A stretch of DNA of 61,784 bases, counting the filler, from Globobulimina sp. (lineage: Eukaryota), in the NCBI GenBank assembly GCA_003354225.1. It is 17 parts of 17 records of this genome, joined end to end, with 100 filler letters (N's around TTAATTAATTAA, not from the genome) between each part and the next. Parts side by side here need not be neighbours in the genome. Positions count along the whole stretch, not along the records: positions 32,776 to 36,315 come from PIVH01002552.1; positions 36,416 to 39,955 come from PIVH01002553.1; positions 40,056 to 43,594 come from PIVH01002554.1; positions 43,695 to 47,233 come from PIVH01002555.1; 13 more parts are not named here. One strand, 5' to 3'. Under the pieces are notes generated by a model that saw nothing but the letters and a program-made list of their open reading frames with translations, ran no database searches and had not been told where the DNA came from. Below are positions 34,150-44,770 of this stretch, one piece after another. The first letter of the stretch is position 1; every line of letters starts with the position of its first letter. Position numbers and translations under genes: made by a program.

Positions 34150-35889
34150 TCAATGCCCTTCAACAGTGTAATTTCTCTCATTAGTATTCCCTTTTGTTTT
34201 ATGTATATTTGTGTTGTTTTCATCACTCTCCGTCTCCGAACTAGAAATATCATCATTTATTGTCATTTTATCTCTTTTGTCAATTGCAACCACACGTGCT
34301 TCATTTCCGATATCTGTTTGATTCACAATTGCCACAACATCTTCGTCTCCAGAATTGGGCAAATGACTAGAAATATCAATCAATTGCATATAATTATCCT
34401 GATTCATTTCATTGGTTCCATTTACGAGACAACGCTTTTTTATATACAAAGCTATAATTGCCACAATACAGCACACAAAAACACACAATATCACAACAAA
34501 TGCTGTTTTATAATTATTCGTTTCTGTTTCTGCGTTCTGTACGTTTGTAGTTGTGCTCATATCAATAATATTCACAGGCGATGGCCATGGCGTAATTCCT
34601 TGGATTGTAGGTTTCGGTGTTGGTAATTTGGATGGATTATATGTTGGATTATTGGTTGGTCCAATTGTTGTCACTCTTGTACGTGATTCACAAATAGTAC
34701 ACTAACAAAAGCTAATATAATTTGTCTTAACTGAGTTGGATATACTGTTGGAATATGGGTTGGAGATTCTGTTGGTTTATACGTTGATCTATTTGTATAT
34801 TTACAGGTGATTTTTAAGGTATATTAAATACATAGAAGTGCATATATGTCTTAACTGTGTTGGATAAAAAGTTGGAGTATTTGTTGGATTTATTGTTGGG
34901 TCAATCGTCGGATTCATTGTTGGATCAATCGTCGGATTACTTGTTTTCGTATTCAAATCACAGATTTCTATGTTTGATACAATATCCACTCCACGATCAT
35001 TCCCATTTGACCCACCAAATATGTATAGTTTGTTTCTGATAACATCCGCAGTAAAACCATATAAGGGCTGTATCATAGTTGTCTCGTTTGCTAGCATTAT
35101 TGCAATTAGATTAGTCTCATAAAAATATGTATAAATTGTATTCCGCGGTATCAGTGATTTTGAAGAACCACCAATGACATAAATATATCCATTCTTAGAT
35201 ACTGCCACTCCTTGACCTTCACCGATGGGTAAATCGCCGATCTGCAGCCAAACTTTGCTGAGAAGCTCATATTTATACATAGCAGTTCCAAAAGAGCCAA
35301 AAACAAATAAATCCGTTTTTACGATTGTACAATATTGTCGATCCCAGCCAGCAGTCTGCATAAAATCTATTTGTTCCCAATGCCATTCGTTAGTATTTAC
35401 ATTGTACGTTTGCAGTGCATATAAATGAGCAGATCCCGTGTACCCACCCACCATAAAAATATGTGTTCCATTTGTAGCCACACAGCCCTCAATGCCAGGT
35501 TGTGAAGGCACGTTAATGTTTGTGTTATCTAACCACTGTTCAGATATAGTGTCAAATAAATATATATTACAATCATACGTACCATCGTAAATACCAACAA
35601 AATAAACGATATTGTTGATAGTGACAGCATTGTTGGCAGGAGAGCTGAATTGCGTTGTTGGGGTGGTAATATGTAATGTAATCCATTCGTCAGTGGTTAC
35701 ATTCCATTTCACAATGGAGTTGAGAGAAACGTAAGATTTGGTTACTCCACCAAAAATATACACCGTTTGAGATGCGATATCATATGACATCTGGTGTTGA
35801 TAACTTGCAACTGGCAATGTTTGCGTGGCAAAATAACATGATGCAATGGCTTGAGACACCAGAAACGTTGCTATTATTATTGTATGCAT
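34150..35889 (-). CDS. Type I membrane protein with a Kelch propeller and PT-rich stalk; introns 34789-34855 and 34676-34731
   Basis: Signal peptide; repeated (Y/F)xxGG blades; PTxxPT repeats; TM AFVVILCVFVCCIVAIIALY; both introns restore the frame. Confidence 0.85.
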
Positions 35890-35954
35890 GCTTTTTCCAT
35901 ACTTTTCATTTACACATCAGAAAATCTACTCTGACACAAAAACCCCACCACAAA

Positions 35955-36315
35955 ATGTCGTCTAAACAAAAAATTGAAGCAAAACGGGACGACTTAATCG
36001 CCAAATTGCAGGGAATACGTGATAAAAAAAACGCGGAGGCAAAAAGTAAATATGAAGATATTTTAGCCAAAGCCCAAGCAATCTATGACAAGCAAACCGC
36101 ATCGGCACAAGCGAAATATGATGAATTTGTAGAGAAAGTGGAGGATGATACAGGTAAACGATTAAAAATTGTTAACAGAGTCATCGACGCCGAAGCCGAA
36201 GAGAGAATATTCAAAGAAGACCAGATCCAAAGACAAAAAGAATCGGAAGAAAGAGAAGCTGCTGAAACGCGATTACGCGAAAATGCTGAAAAAGCCAGAG
36301 CCGCCGAAGAAGAAA
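35955..36315 (+). CDS. Coiled-coil protein, 3'-partial
   Basis: MSSKQKIEAK.. with A/E/K-rich helical composition running to the contig end. Confidence 0.6.
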
Positions 36316-36415
36316 NNNNNNNNNNNNNNNNNNNNNNNNNNNNNNNNNNNNNNNNNNNNTTAATTAATTAANNNNNNNNNNNNNNNNNNNNNNNNNNNNN
36401 NNNNNNNNNNNNNNN

Positions 36416-39400
36416 AGATATCGACACACAATCCATGATCCTCTTAATTAAATCATGTGGCTTCGGCAACGCCGCCACAAATCCAATGTCTTTTTTATTC
36501 AACGACTTCGCCGCTTTCTTGGCCTGTTCCATAAATGGGAGCGCTGCTTGCAACTCTTCATTTGCTTCGGCTTTCTCTTTATTAATAACATCAGCCGTGG
36601 CTTGGCACTCCTTCTCAATAACCATTGCTTGTTGTTTTTGAACCTCTGCTTCTTTGGCACCGACTTCTAACTCCTGTAACATTGCGGCAGTGTTCGCTTC
36701 CGCTACTTTTAATTCTTCCTTTTGAACGGCCAGCACTTTCTTCATATTATTCACATCCTGCGATGCTTTGGCAATTTTGCTTAACCCCAACGAGACATTA
36801 CGTGCTTTAATATCAATCTCTTCTTTTTTCGAGGTATATAATGATTTGTACATATTAATAAATGACAGATATGATTTTGGCGTCACATAAACATGGCGGC
36901 GATATTGCGCAAAATATTCATCACAACAATTGACAATGATGTCGTGTATACGCGCAATATATTTGATCAAGCTTTCCTTTTCGCCATCTTCTTCGCGGCA
37001 TTCTAATACAAATTGGCCACCATCGGTATTGTTAATGAATTTGGTAGACACTGACATCAATGCATCGACGGGCCAACGTAGAAACCAATCAATAGTACAG
37101 CCACTGATTAACGCTGGGAATTTTCGCGCGCGTTCAGCGAATTTGGTATTGGCCGGACTGAATGCCAAAACAATATGGAAATTACTGCGGATTCTACTCA
37201 TTAGAAACTTGACTAACTGCTCATGCGAGTCATCAAAATTAGGTAATTCCTTTTTGGCAATGGGTCGGATTTCGGCTGCCATCATATCGCGTTCTTCTTT
37301 GGCAAATAAGCCGGAAATCAAACCAGTGGCTAACATCATGTTAATATATTCCAAGAAATCTTCATTTACGATATCTGAGTCAGAGACTAAGAATGTCACT
37401 TTTTTGCCATCTTTGCCGCATAAAATGCACATTTTCTTAATATCTTCTAATAAATCTACAGTTTTATAATTTCGAGTTAATTGTATTTGACACAATTCGT
37501 GTCGACATATGTAGGCTGCTAAGCGGGTCAATGACTGACGACCGCTGCCACCAACACCAACAAATAATACGTTCCCGCGCGGCATGGCCAATATGCGGCA
37601 GATTCGCATCAAATGTTTGACAGCGTCGGTAAATAATACTAATGTCATGTCTTTTAGTTTTGGCTCCGCGTTGTATTTTGCTAAAAACATTTCAACTCTG
37701 TCTTTGCAGGACGTAAATGACTCGGCAGGTTCATAGATTTTAGGTGCATACTCGGCGATTTCTTCCGTTTCTTCGTCAATAACATCTTCGCGGAAAAAGT
37801 CTGCCCAATATACAAATTCTTCATGTTGGCTACATATTTCCTCTCCAAACTCTTCGCTGATCAATTCTTGCATAGTTTGTTTATACCAATTCTGGTCCTC
37901 CAATGAGACCAATTTATCACAAAACACACGTTCACATTCATGAATCCATAAATCGATTAAATTGGTGGAGGTACTCACAGCCTCGACTGGTGGCAATAAA
38001 ACGCCTTGAAATACACGCGACAAATCAAATAAATTGAAGATATAATGGAATTTGCTGGGTGTGGGCAACATTTTTGATTTAACTTTTAACCATAATTTGA
38101 TAGTCGACATAGTTATAACTGGAATTATTTGGGATAACTCTGAATTGGTATACCTACCTCGCAACATCTGTCCATATATATTATCGATGGAGACATTACT
38201 TGGCGGCGTCACATTAAATACATAAAAGTGCCGCTTTAATCGGTTTGGAATATCATTTCTGCCGCCCCCTGGATGCGACATAGCGGCCACATAATCCAAT
38301 AACTCAATAGTTTTCCGATCGCCACGTTTATCCTTCTCCAAAAAGAAAAAACCGTGATATTCAATTAATTGTCGCACAATTTCTAATGTTGGCTGATCGC
38401 CCCACGAATTAACTTCCGGCATAGATATATCATCCAAAAATACAATCATTCTTCGACCGAACGGAGGCGCAAAAGTCTTACCTTGCCGCTTTTCGATATC
38501 CGCTTCAATATTTGCTTGAAACATACCGCAACTGGTCGCAGATGAAAAATTGATGGTTTTCTGCGTAATTTCACTGTTTAAATTACCGAAAAACTGCAAA
38601 ATTGTCGAGGTTTTTCCCGTGCCGGAACTGCCTAATACTAAGGTTGGATAATTATTATCTGTGCACATAGTACGTAATAAATATTCTGCACGGACACTAT
38701 CGCGGGTTGGGATTAGGCATTCGCTGAATTTAAATAGTTTTGGATAGCTCCATTTGGGCGCTTTCCATTCCACCCAATCAGGTTCATCACCAGCACCCGA
38801 TTTATAATCATCGTCACGCTTCACATCATCATCATGCTTCATATCATCATCCTCATTTTTATTTTCTTTCAAATCCACATAATATTCATAGATGGTATTC
38901 TCTGCATCGCCGCGCGAATATTGCTCCCAATCTATCTCTGAAATATCAAACAATTTCTCATGAAATTTGAGTTGATCCCCACGCTCAAACAAGCCGCCAA
39001 CACTCCACGCCATGCAATAAATAAATATCTTCTCATACACCACCGCAGCATAAAATATCTGCTCATTCACACTGTATTTTAACAACGCATTTAACAAAGA
39101 CAACAAATTCACGGACAAATGTTTTGGTGTGGATGGAAATACCACATTTGTATGTTTCTTTACCCAGTCAAATATGTCACATTCCACAATGAATTTATTC
39201 CATAACTCACATAATATATTCTTCTCTTTCTCTCTCCGCTGTTGCAGCCACGCATCGACTAAGGGCTGATTCCCTAAATCTGCCTCAGACACAAAAATAA
39301 TACCAGCTCGCGATACCGTTGCAGGCGAAGCATTGCGCAAATCTTCAGCCTCAAACAATATCTTTACATTGTCAGTCATTGGTATTCGATCTCCATTCGC

Positions 39401-39900
39401 CAGAGTTAGCAACTTATTGTCATCCAACACCGTATTTAAATTCTCAATCCATATGGCATCCACAGGACCGTCACACACAATCCACGTGCACTGATTCTTC
39501 GTATTATCATTAAACTTGCTCCAAATCGATGAAAAAACGCCATCCGTCCATTCCCCACTCACAATGTCATTCTCACCAAACATTTCATCCGCTTTCAGAG
39601 CTTTCGGATTCATTCTAATTTCAATATGTTTCTTCTTCTTCACCAATTGCAACGACTGGATCAAGCACCAAATCGCGCGCGTCTTACCACCGCCGGCTGG
39701 CCCAATCATCATCAAACCGTGGCGCACCAACGACGTCTCATACAACTGCACGATTTTCGCAATCCACGATTCGTGTCTGATCAACTTATTTTTCATAATA
39801 ACCTCATTCAATGCAGACTCCACATCGTCGTATTTTGCCTTTTCAGGGTCGGGTTGATTTGGAAATAAATCACGTAACAAACTATTAAATAATGGGTCTG
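36416..39900 (-). CDS. Axonemal dynein heavy chain (outer-arm gamma / DNAH5-8-like), internal fragment from AAA2 to the stalk
   Basis: P-loops GPAGGGKT, GSSGTGKT and GVGGSGRQS; DGPVDAIWIENLNTVLDDNK; KRQGKTFAPP..WGDQ.T.EIVRQ; stalk EL..ALP. Confidence 0.95.
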
Positions 39901-40055
39901 TTATTTGCAACATCAGCCAAACGTTATTCATCTCGGTTTAACAATAGTAATAGAANNNNNNNNNNNNNNNNNNNNNNNNNNNNNNNNNNNNNNNNNNNNT
40001 TAATTAATTAANNNNNNNNNNNNNNNNNNNNNNNNNNNNNNNNNNNNNNNNNNNN

Positions 40056-41279
40056 TGTTTATCGCAAAATCAGCAAACAACCGCAGAACAACAAGATATT
40101 GTAATGATTGATAATGACACACAAGTCACACAACATAATTATAACAAAACAAAAGTAAATTATAATTCAAACATAACTCAAATATTTGATGAGATGGAAT
40201 CAATTTATTATTGTTTAGGTGATAAATGGCGAGAGTTTGCGTATAAAAAAGCCAGTGGATTTATTAAAAAATATCCGAAAAAAATAGAAACACAAAATGA
40301 CATTAAACAATTGAAGAAAATGAAAGGTTTCAGTAAGAAATTAGGTGATAAAGTATTTGAAATTATAAGCCGTGGGAAATTAAGAAAATTAAATGAATTA
40401 AAATTAATGCCGCAAATTAAAATAATTAAATTATTTACCAATATATTTGGTGTTGGTAGTGTTACTGCGCAAAAATGGTATAATTTAGGATTAAAAACAT
40501 TAAATGATATTAAAAATGCGCACAAATCGAAGCAAATTAAATTACAACAAAGGCAAATAATTGGATTAAAATATTATGATGATTTACTAATAAAAATAGG
40601 ACGAGCAGAGATTGATGAAATTAAAAAACTTATAAATAAAGAAATAAATATAAATATATGCATTGGATGTATAAGTGTGATATGTGGCAGTTATCGAAGG
40701 GGTGCATTACAAAGTGGCGATATTGATATTTTAATAACACATTCAAATCTTAAAAAAACTAATGCATTGTTAAGGAAAATTGTAAATAGGTTACATGCCA
40801 TTGGATTTTTAGTCGATGATTTGTCACTGCCCTCAGCTGATAGTTATATGGGAATATGCAAGTTATTGGATAATAAATATAAATATTATCGGCATATTGA
40901 TAGTTAATGTTTTACTTATTTGTGCATTTTTGTATGGATATAATAAATAAATATAAAAAACAAAACAGTTAAAGTATATAAACCGGATTTTTTTGCCTTT
41001 GCTGTATTATATTTTACGGGTTCTGATCATTTTAATCGTTCAATCCGATATTATGCAAAACAAAAAGGATATACATTGTCAGATACGCGATTAGCGCCAT
41101 CACTACGAATAAATAATAAGAAAATATTCATATTTGCACAGAAAGCAATAAAATGTGAAACAGAGCAGGATATATTTAAAGCATTAGGATTAAAATATAT
41201 AAAACCAATTCATAGGGAAACATATGCAACTTTCGGGCAATCATTTACTATCCATGGTGGCAATAATAATACTCCATAA
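40056..41279 (+). CDS. Family X DNA polymerase (lambda-like), 5'-partial; intron 40903-40968
   Basis: FGVG..TAQKWY, CGSYRRG, GDIDIL, spliced RHIDIKVY, LYFTGSDHFNRS and TEQDIFKALGL. Confidence 0.93.
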
Positions 41280-41366
41280 GTTAGATCCATTGGTGTGTTA
41301 TAGTTTGTGTAATTAAAATAACAGCAAGTAACTCGAAAAATATTTGCCCCCACTCCTTACAGTATC

Positions 41367-42953
41367 ATGTCAAACCTAGATAATGTAAACAACAACAGCA
41401 ACAATGACGACATCAGTAACAACCAAAATGATGATACAGAGGAAAACAAAGATGCAATTAATCAGAATACAGAGACACAATCCATATTAGAAAAGACAAC
41501 AACATCAATTCAAACATGGTTGCCATCATTGTCGAATGTATTCTCGTGGTCAAAGTCAAACGGTCCCAATAACAAAACCAATAAACTCAACGAAGAAAAT
41601 AAAAACGAAGACACTGACATTATGAGCTGGTTTAATGATATTATGTCCGGCTGTGAATCAGACAAAAATAAACGATCCATACTTTCTGAAACATGGAATG
41701 AATTATCGAGTAATAATATCTTTTCTCGATTAACAAATTCAAAACTCAGAAAAGCAGCCACCACATTTGGCAAATTATCGCATCGAATAAATATTTCATA
41801 TCCTCCAAAAGACGAACTTGTCCCAATCGATATGTCCAAAGCTATAAACACTGCATTAATGACACAAATAAAATATTGTATCCGCCACGCACTTGCTCCA
41901 TATAAAAAAGTCAAACTCGCCTTTCGCACAAAAGAGAGCGTAATCGCATTGAAGTCAACCAAAACTTTACTGAGGGATTTTTTTGGTATTCCAGCCAAAG
42001 ATATTATCATTGACAACTCCGACAGAAACTTAAAACAGTTCAGAAATAAACTGCATTCGCCACGTTTCTATCTGATAGTCGATAACCAAAATAAAAAAAT
42101 TGTATTATCCATCCGTGGTACGGCCAGTACAGCGGATCGAATAACTGATATTAATGGCAATGCGAAAGTATTTTCAGCATTCAATATTAATGGCTATGCA
42201 CATGAAGGCATATTAGCTTCCACAAAATATATATTTGAGAATATCACGGTTGACTTAGTTAAGCAATGCAAAAAATACACAGATTATGAGGTGCTTATTA
42301 CAGGGCATAGTTTAGGCGGCGGAGTGTCTGCTTTATTGGGCTTAATGTACTATAAACATCCCATTATATGCAAGCAAAATAGATTGAAATGTTTTTGTTT
42401 TGCATCACCTCCTGTTTTATCAAAGCATTTCACAGATAAAAATATTGGAATTGACTATATTTTCTCCATTATATTAAGTACAGATTTTGTAACAAGATTA
42501 TCAATCGAATCGGTGAGGCATTATAATTTGAGAAATGATTTGTTATTGGAATGTAAACAGGATTTGATCGATGAATGTATGGATGTTTTGCATGATAAAG
42601 CCGATAATGAAAGTGTTAAATTTTTAACAATGTTAAAATCGATCGCAGCACCAAATCCTCATCGATTATTGTATCCGTTAGGGAGAATTTTATGGTTTGT
42701 GCCGAATGCAGTGATGGAGGACGATGTTGTGATGAGAAGGAATGGTTTGATGAAGGAGGAGAATGGTGCAATATGGAGGAAAATAAATAAATATTATTAT
42801 GGCAGTGAGGGCAGTGGTGGTTATGTGTTGTGTGACGCAACAAATAGAAGGGATATATTTCAAGAGTTTGTAATTGATTTTCCTGAAAGTTTGCTTTGTC
42901 ATTTGCCTGCGAGATATTTATCTGTCTGCGGCACCTCTATTACTAAACCTTGA
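41367..42953 (+). CDS. Class 3 lipase (DAG-lipase-like)
   Basis: VLSIRGT, AHEGI, nucleophile TGHSLGGG, FASPP, DFVTRLS and a C-terminal His in CHLP. Confidence 0.9.
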   Translation: MSNLDNVNNNSNNDDISNNQNDDTEENKDAINQNTETQSILEKTTTSIQTWLPSLSNVFSWSKSNGPNNKTNKLNEENKNEDTDIMSWFNDIMSGCESDKNKRSILSETWNELSSNNIFSRLTNSKLRKAATTFGKLSHRINISYPPKDELVPIDMSKAINTALMTQIKYCIRHALAPYKKVKLAFRTKESVIALKSTKTLLRDFFGIPAKDIIIDNSDRNLKQFRNKLHSPRFYLIVDNQNKKIVLSIRGTASTADRITDINGNAKVFSAFNINGYAHEGILASTKYIFENITVDLVKQCKKYTDYEVLITGHSLGGGVSALLGLMYYKHPIICKQNRLKCFCFASPPVLSKHFTDKNIGIDYIFSIILSTDFVTRLSIESVRHYNLRNDLLLECKQDLIDECMDVLHDKADNESVKFLTMLKSIAAPNPHRLLYPLGRILWFVPNAVMEDDVVMRRNGLMKEENGAIWRKINKYYYGSEGSGGYVLCDATNRRDIFQEFVIDFPESLLCHLPARYLSVCGTSITKP

Positions 42954-43180
42954 TGTGTGATTGTGTCGGTTTATGATTACTTCCAGTTTCATGTGACATT
43001 TTAAAACCCGACTTCAATTTTTTGTCTTTGTTTCGTTTAAACGTTACGATTGGGAATGTGATGTTATTTAAATTATTCAATTGAGGATCTTCAAACAAAA
43101 AAAAATTGAGGATCTTCAATTGAGTATTATTTGCATTGGATTTTTATTGACGATGTAGATTTTGTTTTGTTTGAATGGCC

Positions 43181-43594
43181 TCAATTATGTGGAAAATCAA
43201 GAGTTACAACATTTCCTTGCGCCATTAATTGACTTTTACTTTCTAAGAATCCTATTGCTCTCTCACTGTTACAGTTGTATGGCCATGTCCATATAAAAAA
43301 ATTGCCCAAACCAATTGAGGATAACATTATATGATGCATTGCCACAATGCCAAAGGGAGGACTCGACACATTGCTGAAGCCCCAATATCTATTCAAACAC
43401 GGCCATATCCACTCGAATGTAAATAATAAAGAATACATCGCCAACTTATTTTGAATCGGGTTACTTGATTGCAAACAGTTACATTTTATTAAAATAATCT
43501 TACATAAAATCGTGACCGTCACCATAATATAAATGGTGACAGGAGCATATAATACCATTTGCCACAGACTTTGGTGTATCCAGCATTCGTACTC
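43181..43594 (-). CDS. cAMP-receptor-like GPCR, C-terminal fragment
   Basis: CWI..LWQMVLYAP, KL..Y..F...WIWP..NR and GLGNFFIW; three TM segments. Confidence 0.65.
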   Translation of the reverse strand, partial: EYECWIHQSLWQMVLYAPVTIYIMVTVTILCKIILIKCNCLQSSNPIQNKLAMYSLLFTFEWIWPCLNRYWGFSNVSSPPFGIVAMHHIMLSSIGLGNFFIWTWPYNCNSERAIGFLESKSQLMAQGNVVTLDFPHN

Positions 43595-43694
43595 NNNNNN
43601 NNNNNNNNNNNNNNNNNNNNNNNNNNNNNNNNNNNNNNTTAATTAATTAANNNNNNNNNNNNNNNNNNNNNNNNNNNNNNNNNNNNNNNNNNNN

Positions 43695-44739
43695 CCTGTG
43701 TTCATCCTTCGTAACGACCGCCATCTGAGCTCCTCCTCAGACTCACTCCATTTCAATTGAAATACGCCCGAATAGCTGCCGGCGCCCAGGAATATATCCG
43801 GCTGTGTGCCGCCTGCAGAGATTAAGCCGTGCGCACCGCAGAAAGACACGCAATTGCCATACGACGCGATGTCTGAAGGCAATGCCGGTAATACCCACTC
43901 ATAAGCTGTCATTGCTATGTATGATATGCATATCTTACATGTAATTTGTGTATGTATTTAGAAGCTAGTTAACTTTTGTTGGTATATACAGTGTGGTTTT
44001 TGGAAAGAAACTGCTTTTTGGGTATAATGATGGCTTTTGCGTCTCTGGTGTTTTGTGAGCCGCATTTAAAGATGGTATGATACTCATTTTGCGTGGTATT
44101 TATGTCGTATTTCTCGTTTATTTGCGAGGGAAATGTGATTTGTGAGGCGGAATATATACAAATGCCGTTTGTATCATAGCCGATACTTATATTTGGAGAG
44201 GATTGGTATTGCGTTTTATAAATGTTATGGATGTCAATGGCTTGGATGGCCGACGTCGATGATGCTATGAAACAAAATAATATACGTTCGATATAAATAA
44301 AATCAAAACAAATTTCTAAGATGTTTGATGGAATGTAGTTAGTGGATGAGGAGGAATGCGATGGTTTGCAATATATTCGAATCCAACCAAAAGTTAATAA
44401 TTTATGCATGCTGATGGTGTTTAAATGTCTGTCGGTGGTGTTGTTGCGTAAAGGCACTGCTTCTTTTTTTTCACGGTCGGCCAGCAGATCTTGGACCGAT
44501 GTGCTGTTGGATGGGATTAACGAGGATGTTAAGCGCATTTTGCCCTTGGCTCCCTTGGCGTGATCAGCTACATTGCCATTGCATTGGTGCTCGACAATTA
44601 GTTGTACGTCGTTGTTACTGTTTCGATCGCGACCACCATTTTTTAACTTGGATCCTATTCTCGATGCTATGTTAGTGTGGCCACTATCTCGTTTGTGCTT
44701 TTTCACTTTGTTGATGTTGTTACTTATTACTGTACCCAT
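43695..44739 (-). CDS. Kelch-like protein paralogous to 27578-28585; MGxxxS myristoylation motif; probable intron 43915-43973; 3'-partial
   Basis: Shares GWIR..IP..I..IC, IFKCG, W.LP and GL.S.GG with the gene at 27578. Confidence 0.7.
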
Positions 44740-44770
44740 TTAACTAAGGTTTTTGAGAGAAAATGTTATC

